Part shown: positions 26,238 to 35,334 of the stretch, piece after piece
How positions within the stretch are numbered: the first letter of the stretch is position 1
Layout of the letters: every line of letters starts with the position of its first letter
DNA from: a virus
Lineage: Duplodnaviria; Caudoviricetes
Virus record (IMG/VR): IMGVR_UViG_3300032277_000024
Span: 1-39,252 of that record
Direction: 5' to 3' (one strand)
DNA: 39,252 nucleotides
Translations under genes and position numbers: made by a program
The notes under the pieces: generated by a model
Seen by the model: only the letters and a program-made list of their open reading frames with translations
What the model was told of the DNA's origin: nothing
Database searches by the model: none

Positions 26238-28582
26238 TTACATTTGAAAAGAAAAGCAAATATGGCGACTTTAATGACACACTAGGAATGTCTATCGACA
26301 CTGGTGATAAGTGGCTTAATAAAAAATTAAATGCTAATATTTGTTACGGTAAAGGTGGCGGCGGTGGTGGTGGTAAACCACAAGATGTACCAAAGACCCT
26401 TCAGCCATATGTCACAGATGTTTTAGGAAAAGCCAAAGGTTTATATGGAAGCTATCAGCGTTTTCAAGGATACCCAGGTGAACGTATTGTAAGTTTTAGT
26501 CCACAAGAACAAGCTGCTATGGGCGGCATCGAAGGTTTGGTAGGACGTGGTATTTCTGCAACACCAGGATTAACTGCCGCCTCTACTTACTATGCTCCTG
26601 CTTTAGGCTTATTGGGAGCAGGTGCAGCACAACAAGCAGGCGCAACAGGTTTACTTGGTCAAATCTCTCCAACTTTAGGAGCAGCAGGCCAACAGATTGG
26701 ACAAGCAGGAGCAACCATAGGAACAGCTGCAGGAGATATTGGTCAGTTTAGAACAGGTATTTCTGGCGCACAACAAACATTAGCAGGTGTTAGCCCAGAA
26801 CTTGCGGCATATAGAGCAAGGCTTGCTGGTGCTGAACAAGCTTTGGGGGCTACTGCGCCTACACTTGGTCAGTTTGAAAGTCAACTACAACAAGCAGCAC
26901 AAACATATGGTGGCGCACAGCAACAGCTTGGAAGAGCAGAAGAAGCCGCTAGAGCAGGCGCAGGTCGTGCAGAACTTGGTGACTTAGATGTTGCTAGATA
27001 CATGGACCCATATCAACAGCAAGTAATTGATATTGAAAAAAGACAGGCCAGACAAGATGCCTTACAAGCTGCACAAGCCATTGGCGCTAAAGCAGCAGGC
27101 ATGGGAGGCTTTGGTGGTTCACGTCAAGCTATCCTTGAGGCACAACAGGCATCAGACTTAGGCACACGTCTTGCAGATATTCAAGCACGTGGCTCTCAAG
27201 CTGCCTATGACCGTGCATTGCAAACAGCGGCACAACAACAACAACTACAATATGGTGAAGATGTAGCTAGATTACAAAGACAGTCTGGTCTGGGTCAAGC
27301 TCTTGCAGGACTATCAGGCGCACAAGCAGGTATTGGGCAGCAACAAGCAGGTCTTGGTATCTCTGGTTATGGTGGGCTTGCACAAGCAGGCCGTGATTAT
27401 GCTGGTCAGCTTGCAGGTTTGGGTGGTCAATATGGACAGATAGGACAACAGATAGGTTCACTAGCAGGACAGCAGGGACAACTTGCAGGACAGTTTGGAA
27501 CTGTAGCAGGACAAGTAGGTCAGCTTGGAGGACAGCAACTTGGAGTTGGTCAAGCCCTTGGTCAGCTGGCTGGTCAATACGGCACTGGTGCAGGCGCTAT
27601 GGGACAACAGGCAGCAGGTCTTGCAGGGTTATCTCAAGCATTTGGTGGTCTTGGTCAACAGGCTCTTGGTCAAGGATACAGAGAACAGGGCTATCTTTCT
27701 GGTGTTGGAGAGCAGCAACGTGGTATGCAGCAACAACGTGCAGACCTTGCCTATCAACAGTTTGTTGAAGAGCGAGAGTTCCCTTCTACACAGCTTCAAA
27801 AATACTCATCACTTATTCAAGGCTTTCCTTTCCAGTTTAGTCAAACACCACAGCAACCTAGTTCATTCCAAACAGCTGCAGGCGGCATTGCTACTTTAGG
27901 CGGTTTAGGTCGTGGTCTTGGTTTCTTTAACAAAGGCGGTGACATTGGCAAAGGAACAAAGTATCTTCAAGAGGGAGGCATTGCTGGCCTTTCGGGATAT
28001 GGCATAGATGATATTAAAAAATATCTTATGGAAACAAGATTAACAAGAGAAGAAGAATTAGAAAAAATTGCTGACCAAAAACGTCAAGCACAAGCTTCTG
28101 CTTTATTGCAAGCTGGCGCAGGTATTATGCAAGCAGACCCTCGTGCTGGTGGACTTGCTGCTCTTATTCAAGGGGCGGGAGCCGCTGCTCCAGGACTGTC
28201 AGAGCTTGCAAGTATTAGACAATCTGAAAAAGGTATTGGTAGAAAAATAAGAAAAGCTGATATTGAAGACGCTTTAACTATTAAAAAACTAGAAGAATAC
28301 GAAGCTGATAGAATAGCAGCACTTGCAAAAGCCAAAAAAGATGCTATACCTGACGACCCTATTACTCCAGCCCTTGCAAATTCTATAGCAAAGCTGGTCG
28401 CCGCAAGATTTGACTATACTTTTAATGATGAAACGGGCGAGGTTAGACAAGCAAGCGGTGACTCTCTTACACAAGACCAAGCTGCAGAAGTTTCTCAATT
28501 AATAACAGATGCTCTTGGAGAGGTGCAAAGAACTGGAAAACTTCTTGAGGGTTCAAGGTTTATTAGCTCTTATGGAAGATAG
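26234..28582 (+). CDS. Putative DNA ejection/pilot protein with Gly/Gln/Ala heptad repeats
   Basis: GKGGGGG near N-terminus, YMDPYQQQVID, GGFGGSRQAI, GQLAGQ repeats, DLAYQQF.EE..FP..QL. Confidence 0.7.
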   Translation: MITFEKKSKYGDFNDTLGMSIDTGDKWLNKKLNANICYGKGGGGGGGKPQDVPKTLQPYVTDVLGKAKGLYGSYQRFQGYPGERIVSFSPQEQAAMGGIEGLVGRGISATPGLTAASTYYAPALGLLGAGAAQQAGATGLLGQISPTLGAAGQQIGQAGATIGTAAGDIGQFRTGISGAQQTLAGVSPELAAYRARLAGAEQALGATAPTLGQFESQLQQAAQTYGGAQQQLGRAEEAARAGAGRAELGDLDVARYMDPYQQQVIDIEKRQARQDALQAAQAIGAKAAGMGGFGGSRQAILEAQQASDLGTRLADIQARGSQAAYDRALQTAAQQQQLQYGEDVARLQRQSGLGQALAGLSGAQAGIGQQQAGLGISGYGGLAQAGRDYAGQLAGLGGQYGQIGQQIGSLAGQQGQLAGQFGTVAGQVGQLGGQQLGVGQALGQLAGQYGTGAGAMGQQAAGLAGLSQAFGGLGQQALGQGYREQGYLSGVGEQQRGMQQQRADLAYQQFVEEREFPSTQLQKYSSLIQGFPFQFSQTPQQPSSFQTAAGGIATLGGLGRGLGFFNKGGDIGKGTKYLQEGGIAGLSGYGIDDIKKYLMETRLTREEELEKIADQKRQAQASALLQAGAGIMQADPRAGGLAALIQGAGAAAPGLSELASIRQSEKGIGRKIRKADIEDALTIKKLEEYEADRIAALAKAKKDAIPDDPITPALANSIAKLVAARFDYTFNDETGEVRQASGDSLTQDQAAEVSQLITDALGEVQRTGKLLEGSRFISSYGR

Positions 28583-28590
28583 GAGCATAC

Positions 28591-31500
28591 ATGGCTTTTA
28601 TAAATCCTCAAACAAAAGAATTTAAAGAAGCTCTTGATGCTGTAAATGCAGCTGAAGGGAATGTTGAACAACAACTTTCAATACTAAAAGATAAAAATAT
28701 TGAGCCAGAAGATTTTTTACAAACATTAAGCGAGCTTCAAACAGCAGAAGAAGTAACTGGGGATGCTTCTCAGTTTATTGGCGAGCCTGCTCCAACAGGG
28801 TTTGACCCTGGAAAAGCTGTTGCTGGTGGTGTAGCCCGTGGCGTCAAAGCGGTTGGAACTCTTGGCTCTCAAGCTATTGAGACAGTAGCTGGCAAAGAAG
28901 CTCGTGAAAAAACTGAAAATGTTTTTCAAGAAGCTGCTGACTATGTTGATACTAATCTTAAAAAACTTCCAGGCGGTGCTGCAATATCAAGAGCCGCTAA
29001 AGAAACATTTGACCCTGAGTTGTCTACAGCAGAAGAAATAGGTGCGTTCTTTGTTCCGTTTGGTGCAGCAATGAAAGGTCTTACTGCAGCAACCAAAGGT
29101 CTTCAGACAGCATCTCGATTGGGAACTGCTGCAAAAGCTGGAACTATTGGTGTGGCTGCTGATGTCCTTACAAGAGAAGAGGACGAAGTATTTTTGCCAG
29201 AGATTATTTCTTTACTTGGTCCTGAAGCAGAAGGATTAGCGGCAGCAATTACAATTAATCCAGATGACACTGTAGCAGAAAAAAGATTAAAGCAAATAGC
29301 AGATAGCACTTTAGGTGCAGGTGTTGCCTCTAGCTTAATTAAAAGTTTAGGTTTTATTGGTAGGAAAACATTAGGCAAGGCTCAAGCTTTACGTGAAAAT
29401 GTTGCAAAACCTTTAGAAGAAACAATCGACAAAACACCATTAGAAGCTAGAGTAGTTGAAACTGCTCCTAATGAATATAGACAGCAGGGTAAAATTAGAC
29501 AGACAATCGGAAAGGTTAACACTGGTCTTGGTCGTCTATTTACTTCTACTGCTGCAATGCCAAAAGAAATGTTTGACTCTTATATCAAAAGCAGAGGTTT
29601 TGTTGAGGGTATGGATTTAATTGTGCAAGGTGAAGCTAGAAAACTTGATAAACTAATCAAAAAAACAAAAGTAAATCGTCAAGATGTAAATAGGGTATTG
29701 CTTGGTGAGGATGTTCCTGGACTGCCTCAAGAGGTGGTTGACCAAGCAAAAGTTGCACGTGATATGATTAATGATAATCAAGTTATTATTCGTGATGCTC
29801 TTAATGTGGCAGATGATAGTGAATTTGGTCTTGCTTTAGCAGAAGATGGTAGCACTTACATTACACGTGTATTTGAATTTACTACAAATCCTAAATGGTC
29901 TAAAGATATTGTTAAGGGATTAAAGGGACAGCTAAAAGGTACTACTGGACATAATGCTGATGTTATGGAAGTAATTCACAACGCACGTGGACACATTAAA
30001 AAAAATAATCCAGAGCTTACTGAAGCTCAAGTTGATGGTGTCATTGAGCAAATTGTGAAGAGTGGGCAAAAAAATAATCAAGCTACTATTATTAGCGACC
30101 TCTTAGGAGGTGGAGGTGCATCTGCAGGAGTTAAAGTTTTAAAAGGTAGAAAAGATATTGACAAACCAATTCTTGAGTTATTAGGTGAAGTTAAAGACCC
30201 TATTAGAAATATTAGGGAAACAATGAGAAACCAAAACAAACTGATTGCTAAGTCTAATTTTTTAAAAGATATTAAATCTTTTGCTGAACAAAACGTAGGT
30301 AAAGAAATTAAACTTGGTAAATTATTTCCTGTCTTTCCAGAAGAAACAGCTACATTTTTAAACAAAGCAGAAGTAGGTGTTAGTAGAAATGTTGGTGAGC
30401 TTGCTGAAAAAGAGTTAGGAAAGCTTGGAGGTTCTGGTGAACCCTTTGGCCTTAATAAATTTACAACCACTGATACTCTTCATAAAATGCTTGATGAAGG
30501 TATTGATGTCTTTGGCTTTGATAACCCTGTTGGCAAAGGTTGGTTAAACGTATTTGCTAAACCAGCAGCTGTTGGTCAGGCAATGGAAACCGTCTTTGAC
30601 CATACTGCGCATATGGTTAACACTTATGGTATGTTCCAACAGCTTGCTATGAATGGTAACTTTTTACGTCCTAGTATTTTTAAAAATGCAAAAAATTCAG
30701 CATATACAATGTATCAGAAGGCAGCTAAGAATGACCCAGAAGCTTTACGGTTTTTAGCAAAACTTAAAGAGCGTGGTGTAATTGATTCAAGTGTTGTTGC
30801 CGAAACAGTTAAAAGAAATGTTGATAGGTTTGGAGAGGGGGCTGAAGGCATTCTTTCAAAAACTGCTAAAGCTCCTTTTCGTGGGGCTGCTGCTGTGTAT
30901 GGGGGCGTTGATGATTTTGGTAAAGTAATTGCAATGCAGTCAGAAATGGCTGCGTATAAAAAAGCATTCCCAAACGCTACTGATGACGAGATATTTGACT
31001 ATGCTGCTGATGTTGTACGTAATACAATGCCGTCATATTCTACAGCTGCTCCTGCTGTAAGGGCGTTGTCACGCATTCCTTTTGGTACATATGCTACATT
31101 CCCAGCAGAAGTTTTAAGAACACAAAAAAATATAATTAAGATTGGGTTAAAGGACATACGACAGGGAGTTGCAACGGGAAATACTGCTCTTGCTTCTACA
31201 GGACTTCGTAGATTGTCTGCTTTGGGAGGAACAACAGCAGGAATTGAGTATGCCATTAGAGAAAACAACGAAGAGTTAGGCGTTTCTGAACAAGACATTA
31301 GAGGAATTAATCTTATGGTTCCTGAATATCAAAAAAGTACTCTTAAAGTTATTACAAAGCCGCTTGCTATGGACCCTGAAACTGGACACATTATGACACA
31401 GTTTACTGACTCAGGTTCTTTAGATGCAGCACAGTTTGTTAAAGGACCAATCAGAGCAATACTTGGAAGGGTAATGGCTGGCGATGATGTAACAGATAGA

Positions 31501-32334
31501 GAAGTTGATAGCATATTTACAGATGCGTTTAAAGAAGTATATTCTCCTTTTGTATCTGAAAAGTTTTTAACTAGAGCCGTAATTAATGCTTATACTGGAA
31601 TGGATGAAGAGGGCAGACCAATTCGTCGTGGTCTTTCAACAGTAGATGACATTCAGGCTACAGCCCAAGAGCTTGGTAAGGTTTTAATTCCAGGCTCTAT
31701 TAAAGCTGGACAAAAAGTTTTGAGAGCAGACCAATCAGAAATGCTTAGAGGTGTTGGAAAAGGCCAAACTGCTGCTGGTTTTCCATTGAGAAAAGAAGAG
31801 CAGATGAAATTTTTTACAACTGGCATTCGTAATAATACAATGGATGTTACTAAAGCAATGGGATACAGCATGTATCAAGACTCCAAAGAAATTGATGGAA
31901 CAAAAGATGCGTTTAAAAATTACATTAGACAAATACCAGACCGCCCTCTTACGGCAGAAGATGTTCAAGATATAGTAAACGAATATTCTAGACTGCAAGA
32001 AATTAAAAAAGAAAGAATGGCTGAACTATCTGATAAAGTAAATGTGTTTCGTAATATGACCTATGTAGACAAAGACGGGGACGAGAGAAAACTTGGACTT
32101 CAAAATGTTATTAAAGCGTCTACATCAGATAGCAAATATCCTATAGACTCTAAGATTATCTATTCTTCCGTACGTGGGCCTAAAGGAGATGGAGTTTTTA
32201 TGCCTGATTCTTTATCAACAAACGAATTAGTTGAACTTGTTAAGGATAGAAAGTTTCCTTTTGATGTTGTTAAACAGCTAAAAAGAGCAGAAGCTGGATT
32301 TACTGGTCAACCTTTGCGTGAAACAAAACAATGA
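28591..32334 (+). CDS. Large internal virion/ejection protein
   Basis: 1247 aa, helical, last of the ejection cluster, AGGAG SD; no catalytic motif recognised. Confidence 0.65.
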   Translation: MAFINPQTKEFKEALDAVNAAEGNVEQQLSILKDKNIEPEDFLQTLSELQTAEEVTGDASQFIGEPAPTGFDPGKAVAGGVARGVKAVGTLGSQAIETVAGKEAREKTENVFQEAADYVDTNLKKLPGGAAISRAAKETFDPELSTAEEIGAFFVPFGAAMKGLTAATKGLQTASRLGTAAKAGTIGVAADVLTREEDEVFLPEIISLLGPEAEGLAAAITINPDDTVAEKRLKQIADSTLGAGVASSLIKSLGFIGRKTLGKAQALRENVAKPLEETIDKTPLEARVVETAPNEYRQQGKIRQTIGKVNTGLGRLFTSTAAMPKEMFDSYIKSRGFVEGMDLIVQGEARKLDKLIKKTKVNRQDVNRVLLGEDVPGLPQEVVDQAKVARDMINDNQVIIRDALNVADDSEFGLALAEDGSTYITRVFEFTTNPKWSKDIVKGLKGQLKGTTGHNADVMEVIHNARGHIKKNNPELTEAQVDGVIEQIVKSGQKNNQATIISDLLGGGGASAGVKVLKGRKDIDKPILELLGEVKDPIRNIRETMRNQNKLIAKSNFLKDIKSFAEQNVGKEIKLGKLFPVFPEETATFLNKAEVGVSRNVGELAEKELGKLGGSGEPFGLNKFTTTDTLHKMLDEGIDVFGFDNPVGKGWLNVFAKPAAVGQAMETVFDHTAHMVNTYGMFQQLAMNGNFLRPSIFKNAKNSAYTMYQKAAKNDPEALRFLAKLKERGVIDSSVVAETVKRNVDRFGEGAEGILSKTAKAPFRGAAAVYGGVDDFGKVIAMQSEMAAYKKAFPNATDDEIFDYAADVVRNTMPSYSTAAPAVRALSRIPFGTYATFPAEVLRTQKNIIKIGLKDIRQGVATGNTALASTGLRRLSALGGTTAGIEYAIRENNEELGVSEQDIRGINLMVPEYQKSTLKVITKPLAMDPETGHIMTQFTDSGSLDAAQFVKGPIRAILGRVMAGDDVTDREVDSIFTDAFKEVYSPFVSEKFLTRAVINAYTGMDEEGRPIRRGLSTVDDIQATAQELGKVLIPGSIKAGQKVLRADQSEMLRGVGKGQTAAGFPLRKEEQMKFFTTGIRNNTMDVTKAMGYSMYQDSKEIDGTKDAFKNYIRQIPDRPLTAEDVQDIVNEYSRLQEIKKERMAELSDKVNVFRNMTYVDKDGDERKLGLQNVIKASTSDSKYPIDSKIIYSSVRGPKGDGVFMPDSLSTNELVELVKDRKFPFDVVKQLKRAEAGFTGQPLRETKQ

Positions 32335-32753
32335 AGTATAATAGGGAAGAATTAATCGAACAACTAGTAGACCATGAGGGGTTAGAGTTAAATGTATACA
32401 AAGATAGTCTCGGCATTGAAACAATTGGTATTGGTCGTAACCTCGTGGACAGAGGCATTACAAAAGAAGAAGCCTATTACCTCTGCAATAATGACATTAG
32501 CATCGTTGAGTTGGAACTTATGGCTGAGTTTCCTATTGTTAGCGACCTTGATGCTGTTCGTCAGCGGGTGGTTATTGATATGGCTTTTAACATTGGTGTC
32601 CCTCGTCTTACGGGGTTTAAGAAAATGTGGGCAGCAATTCACTGCGGTGATTATGAAGAAGCTGCGTTAGAAATGATGGATAGTAAATGGGCAAGACAAG
32701 TAGGTAGACGTGCTGAACGGTTGTCATCAATGATGGAGTTAGGAGTAGAGTAA
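32331..32753 (+). CDS. Endolysin, T4-type lysozyme (GH24)
   Basis: HEGLELNVYKDSLGIETIGIGRN gives the E-x8-D-x5-T triad; also DMAFNIG and SKWARQVGRRAERL. Confidence 0.92.
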   Translation: MKYNREELIEQLVDHEGLELNVYKDSLGIETIGIGRNLVDRGITKEEAYYLCNNDISIVELELMAEFPIVSDLDAVRQRVVIDMAFNIGVPRLTGFKKMWAAIHCGDYEEAALEMMDSKWARQVGRRAERLSSMMELGVE

Positions 32754-33490
32754 TGGGTAAGTACGCCTCAATTACAAGAACAGGTAGAAACGAAGACTTT
32801 AATCTACACGTTAAGCGTGGTTTTGTAGAGGGTCATGAACACATACATAAGTTTGGATACAATCTTACAGTAAGTACGACTGAACGTCCTGTTTGGGATG
32901 GTGCTATTGAATATGTTTATCCAACATCAGCTGGTCCTTGTCTTGTTGCAAGTACTACGGCAGTAGATACAGGAAGCAAGATTACTGTTCAAGGGCTTGA
33001 CCAAGACTACAACCAGATAACAAACATTGTAACTCTTAATGGCACTACAACTGTAGCAACTAGCGGTACTTTTTTCCGTGTGTTCCGTGCCTTTATTAGT
33101 AATGACGTAAGTTGCGTAGGTGATGTAAACATTAATCTTGATGGTAACTTAAATGCTCGTATTGACCAAGCAGAAGGTCAAACACTTATGGCTATTTATA
33201 CTATACCTGCTGGATATACAGGTTATCTGCAGCAAATGAACATGGCTACTGGAACTGAGCTTGCGAATAAATACATTACAGTAAGCTATAAAGAACGTGA
33301 GCCAGGTGGTGTGTTTAGAACAAAAGCTAAGTACACTCTTGCTAATCAATTTGCAGAAGAGCGTTATCCTTATCCATTAGAAATACCAGAAAAAACAGAC
33401 GTTCAAATTAGAGCAAGGTCAAGCAGTGGTGAAAACGAAATGTCTGCTTTGTTTGATTTACTGATTATTAAAAACGAATACACCGTTTAG
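32753..33490 (+). CDS. Conserved phage hypothetical protein (possibly virion structural)
   Basis: HKFGYN, V.GLD.DY, LNGTT.V, GQTLMAIYTIPAGYTGY and IPEKTD motifs. Confidence 0.7.
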   Translation: MGKYASITRTGRNEDFNLHVKRGFVEGHEHIHKFGYNLTVSTTERPVWDGAIEYVYPTSAGPCLVASTTAVDTGSKITVQGLDQDYNQITNIVTLNGTTTVATSGTFFRVFRAFISNDVSCVGDVNINLDGNLNARIDQAEGQTLMAIYTIPAGYTGYLQQMNMATGTELANKYITVSYKEREPGGVFRTKAKYTLANQFAEERYPYPLEIPEKTDVQIRARSSSGENEMSALFDLLIIKNEYTV

Positions 33491-33499
33491 GAGAATACT

Positions 33500-33868
33500 A
33501 TGTGGCAATCATTACTATCACCAATCAGCAGTCTTGCTGGCAAGTGGATGGAGGGGCGTCAGCGTAAGACAGAACTGAAAGGCAAGCTTGAAGAAGCAAA
33601 GCTAAAGGGACAAATCAAACGTGCTTCTAGCGATGCGGCATGGGAAACCAAAGCTATGGAGGCTTCTTCTGATTCTTGGAAGGACGAGCTTTGGACACTT
33701 TTTTTCGTTGGCTTGCTATGTGCCTGCTTCTATCCTCCAGCACAACCATACATTGCAGACGGGTTTAGATTCCTCAGAGAGGACTGTCCTGAGTGGCTAT
33801 CGTGGGGCATACTCGTAAGTATTGGTGCAAGCTTCGGTGTTAAATCAATCGGTGCGCTTAGAAAGTAA
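33500..33868 (+). CDS. Holin-like membrane protein
   Basis: SWKDELWT..., two TM segments, PEW....ILVSIGASFG; near the lysozyme; AGGAG SD. Confidence 0.6.
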   Translation: MWQSLLSPISSLAGKWMEGRQRKTELKGKLEEAKLKGQIKRASSDAAWETKAMEASSDSWKDELWTLFFVGLLCACFYPPAQPYIADGFRFLREDCPEWLSWGILVSIGASFGVKSIGALRK

Positions 33869-34901
33869 GTGCTGCTGACATCATCTCGTCAATCATAGAC
33901 TCAAAGGTGTACTTAGGTTTCCAGCCTAGTACATCTTTTGCTTTTGTGGAGTTGCCTAACAACAAGTCTACTTCTGCAGGTCTGTAAAACTCTGGATTAA
34001 TAGTAACAACTGTGTTGCCGTTCTCGTCCTTACCTACTTCGTCTGGTCCAGGCTCTCCCTCCCAATACACCCGCATATCTACAGACCTAAAGCAACGCTC
34101 TACAAGCTCTCTTACGGAGTGCAGTTCACCCGTAGCTAGTACGTAGTCATCTCCTTGTGGCTGTTGTGTCATTAAGTGCATACCTTCTACATAATCTTTG
34201 GCATGTCCCCAGTCACGCTCTGCGTCTAGGTTACCTAGTTCAATGTGTGTCTGTTTACCCTGTGCAATCTTAGCTACACCCTGTACAATCTTCTGCGTAA
34301 CAAACTCAGACCCACGCCACGGTGACTCGTGGTTAAACAAGATACCATTAGAGGCATGAATGCCATAGCTTTCACGGTAGTTCTTTACTGTCCAGAAGCC
34401 AAACTGCTTTGCTACCCCATAAGGAGAGCGTGGATAGAAGGGTGTAGTCTCTGATTGTGGTGTTTCCACAACCTTCCCATAAAGCTCAGACGTGGACGCC
34501 TGATAGAATTTGGTATGACCCTCCATGCCTAGTGTACGAATGCACTCCAGCAGCCTTAATACCCCCATAGCATCGACATCTGCGGTGTACTCTGGTACGT
34601 CAAAGGAGACACGCACGTGTGACTGTGCCGCTAGGTTGTATACTTCATCGAATAGGTGTGTATCGAACAGACGCATTAGACTGCCAGCATCGGCTAGGTC
34701 GCCGTAGTGTAGCGTTAGATTAGGATGGTCTACTAGGTGGGCAATACGTTGTGCTGGCTCTGATGACACACGGCGGCGCAGGCCATGTACTTTGTAGCCC
34801 TTGTCCAGAAGAAGCTCTGCTAGGTAGCCCCCGTCTTGTCCTGTAATGCCTGTAATAAACGCAGACCTTTCTGCAAACTTATTCATCGGGGGTAGTTTCA
34901 T
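33858..34901 (-). CDS. gmd: GDP-mannose 4,6-dehydratase
   Basis: ITGITGQDG.YLAE.LL.KGY, NLAAQSHVRVSF, YQASTSELYG, YPRSPYGVAK, NGILFNHESP.RG..FVT, LGNLDA.RDWGHA.DYV and YRPAEV. Start is 34901 (GAGG SD) or 34886. Confidence 0.96.
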   Translation of the reverse strand: MKLPPMNKFAERSAFITGITGQDGGYLAELLLDKGYKVHGLRRRVSSEPAQRIAHLVDHPNLTLHYGDLADAGSLMRLFDTHLFDEVYNLAAQSHVRVSFDVPEYTADVDAMGVLRLLECIRTLGMEGHTKFYQASTSELYGKVVETPQSETTPFYPRSPYGVAKQFGFWTVKNYRESYGIHASNGILFNHESPWRGSEFVTQKIVQGVAKIAQGKQTHIELGNLDAERDWGHAKDYVEGMHLMTQQPQGDDYVLATGELHSVRELVERCFRSVDMRVYWEGEPGPDEVGKDENGNTVVTINPEFYRPAEVDLLLGNSTKAKDVLGWKPKYTFESMIDEMMSAALTF

Positions 34902-35334
34902 CTTCTTCCTCTTCTTCAAAATCTTCTGGGAAAGTTTTCATAAACAACTCGTATATTTTTTCTTTACCTATGGTGTGCATAGCAGCACAGATACGTCCTT
35001 CTAGTCCTTCAATGTCCTGTGGTCCTTCGTCATCTGCATTGTTGCCACGAATACGTGATAATATTTCTAATGCTTTAAGTGCTGTTGCCCCGTTGCCGTT
35101 TGCTTTAGCGGCTTCATACTGCTTCTCTACTTCTGCAATAACATCAACATCAGTATTATACTCAGACTCTAGCTCTGCTAAACGCTCTACAATTTGAGGT
35201 TCTTTCAGAAGCCGCCAGCCTTGGTTGTGCGCTGACCTTTCAGAGTATCCAGCAGCAATGGCAGACTGGGTAGCGTTCTTTGTAATCAGATATGACTGAC
35301 AGAACTTCTCCATTCGCTCATTAAGATTTGCCAC
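34879..35334 (-). CDS. terS: Terminase small subunit-like protein (HTH)
   Basis: LNERMEKFCQSYL..KNATQSAIAAGYSERSAHNQGWRLLKEPQI matches the Terminase_2 N-terminus; ALKALEIL helix follows. Confidence 0.75.
   Translation of the reverse strand: MANLNERMEKFCQSYLITKNATQSAIAAGYSERSAHNQGWRLLKEPQIVERLAELESEYNTDVDVIAEVEKQYEAAKANGNGATALKALEILSRIRGNNADDEGPQDIEGLEGRICAAMHTIGKEKIYELFMKTFPEDFEEEEEDETTPDE

Noticed and set aside
33858-33868. Terminator at the convergence of the two strands
   Set aside because: The genes overlap by 11 bp and no hairpin with a T tract is visible.
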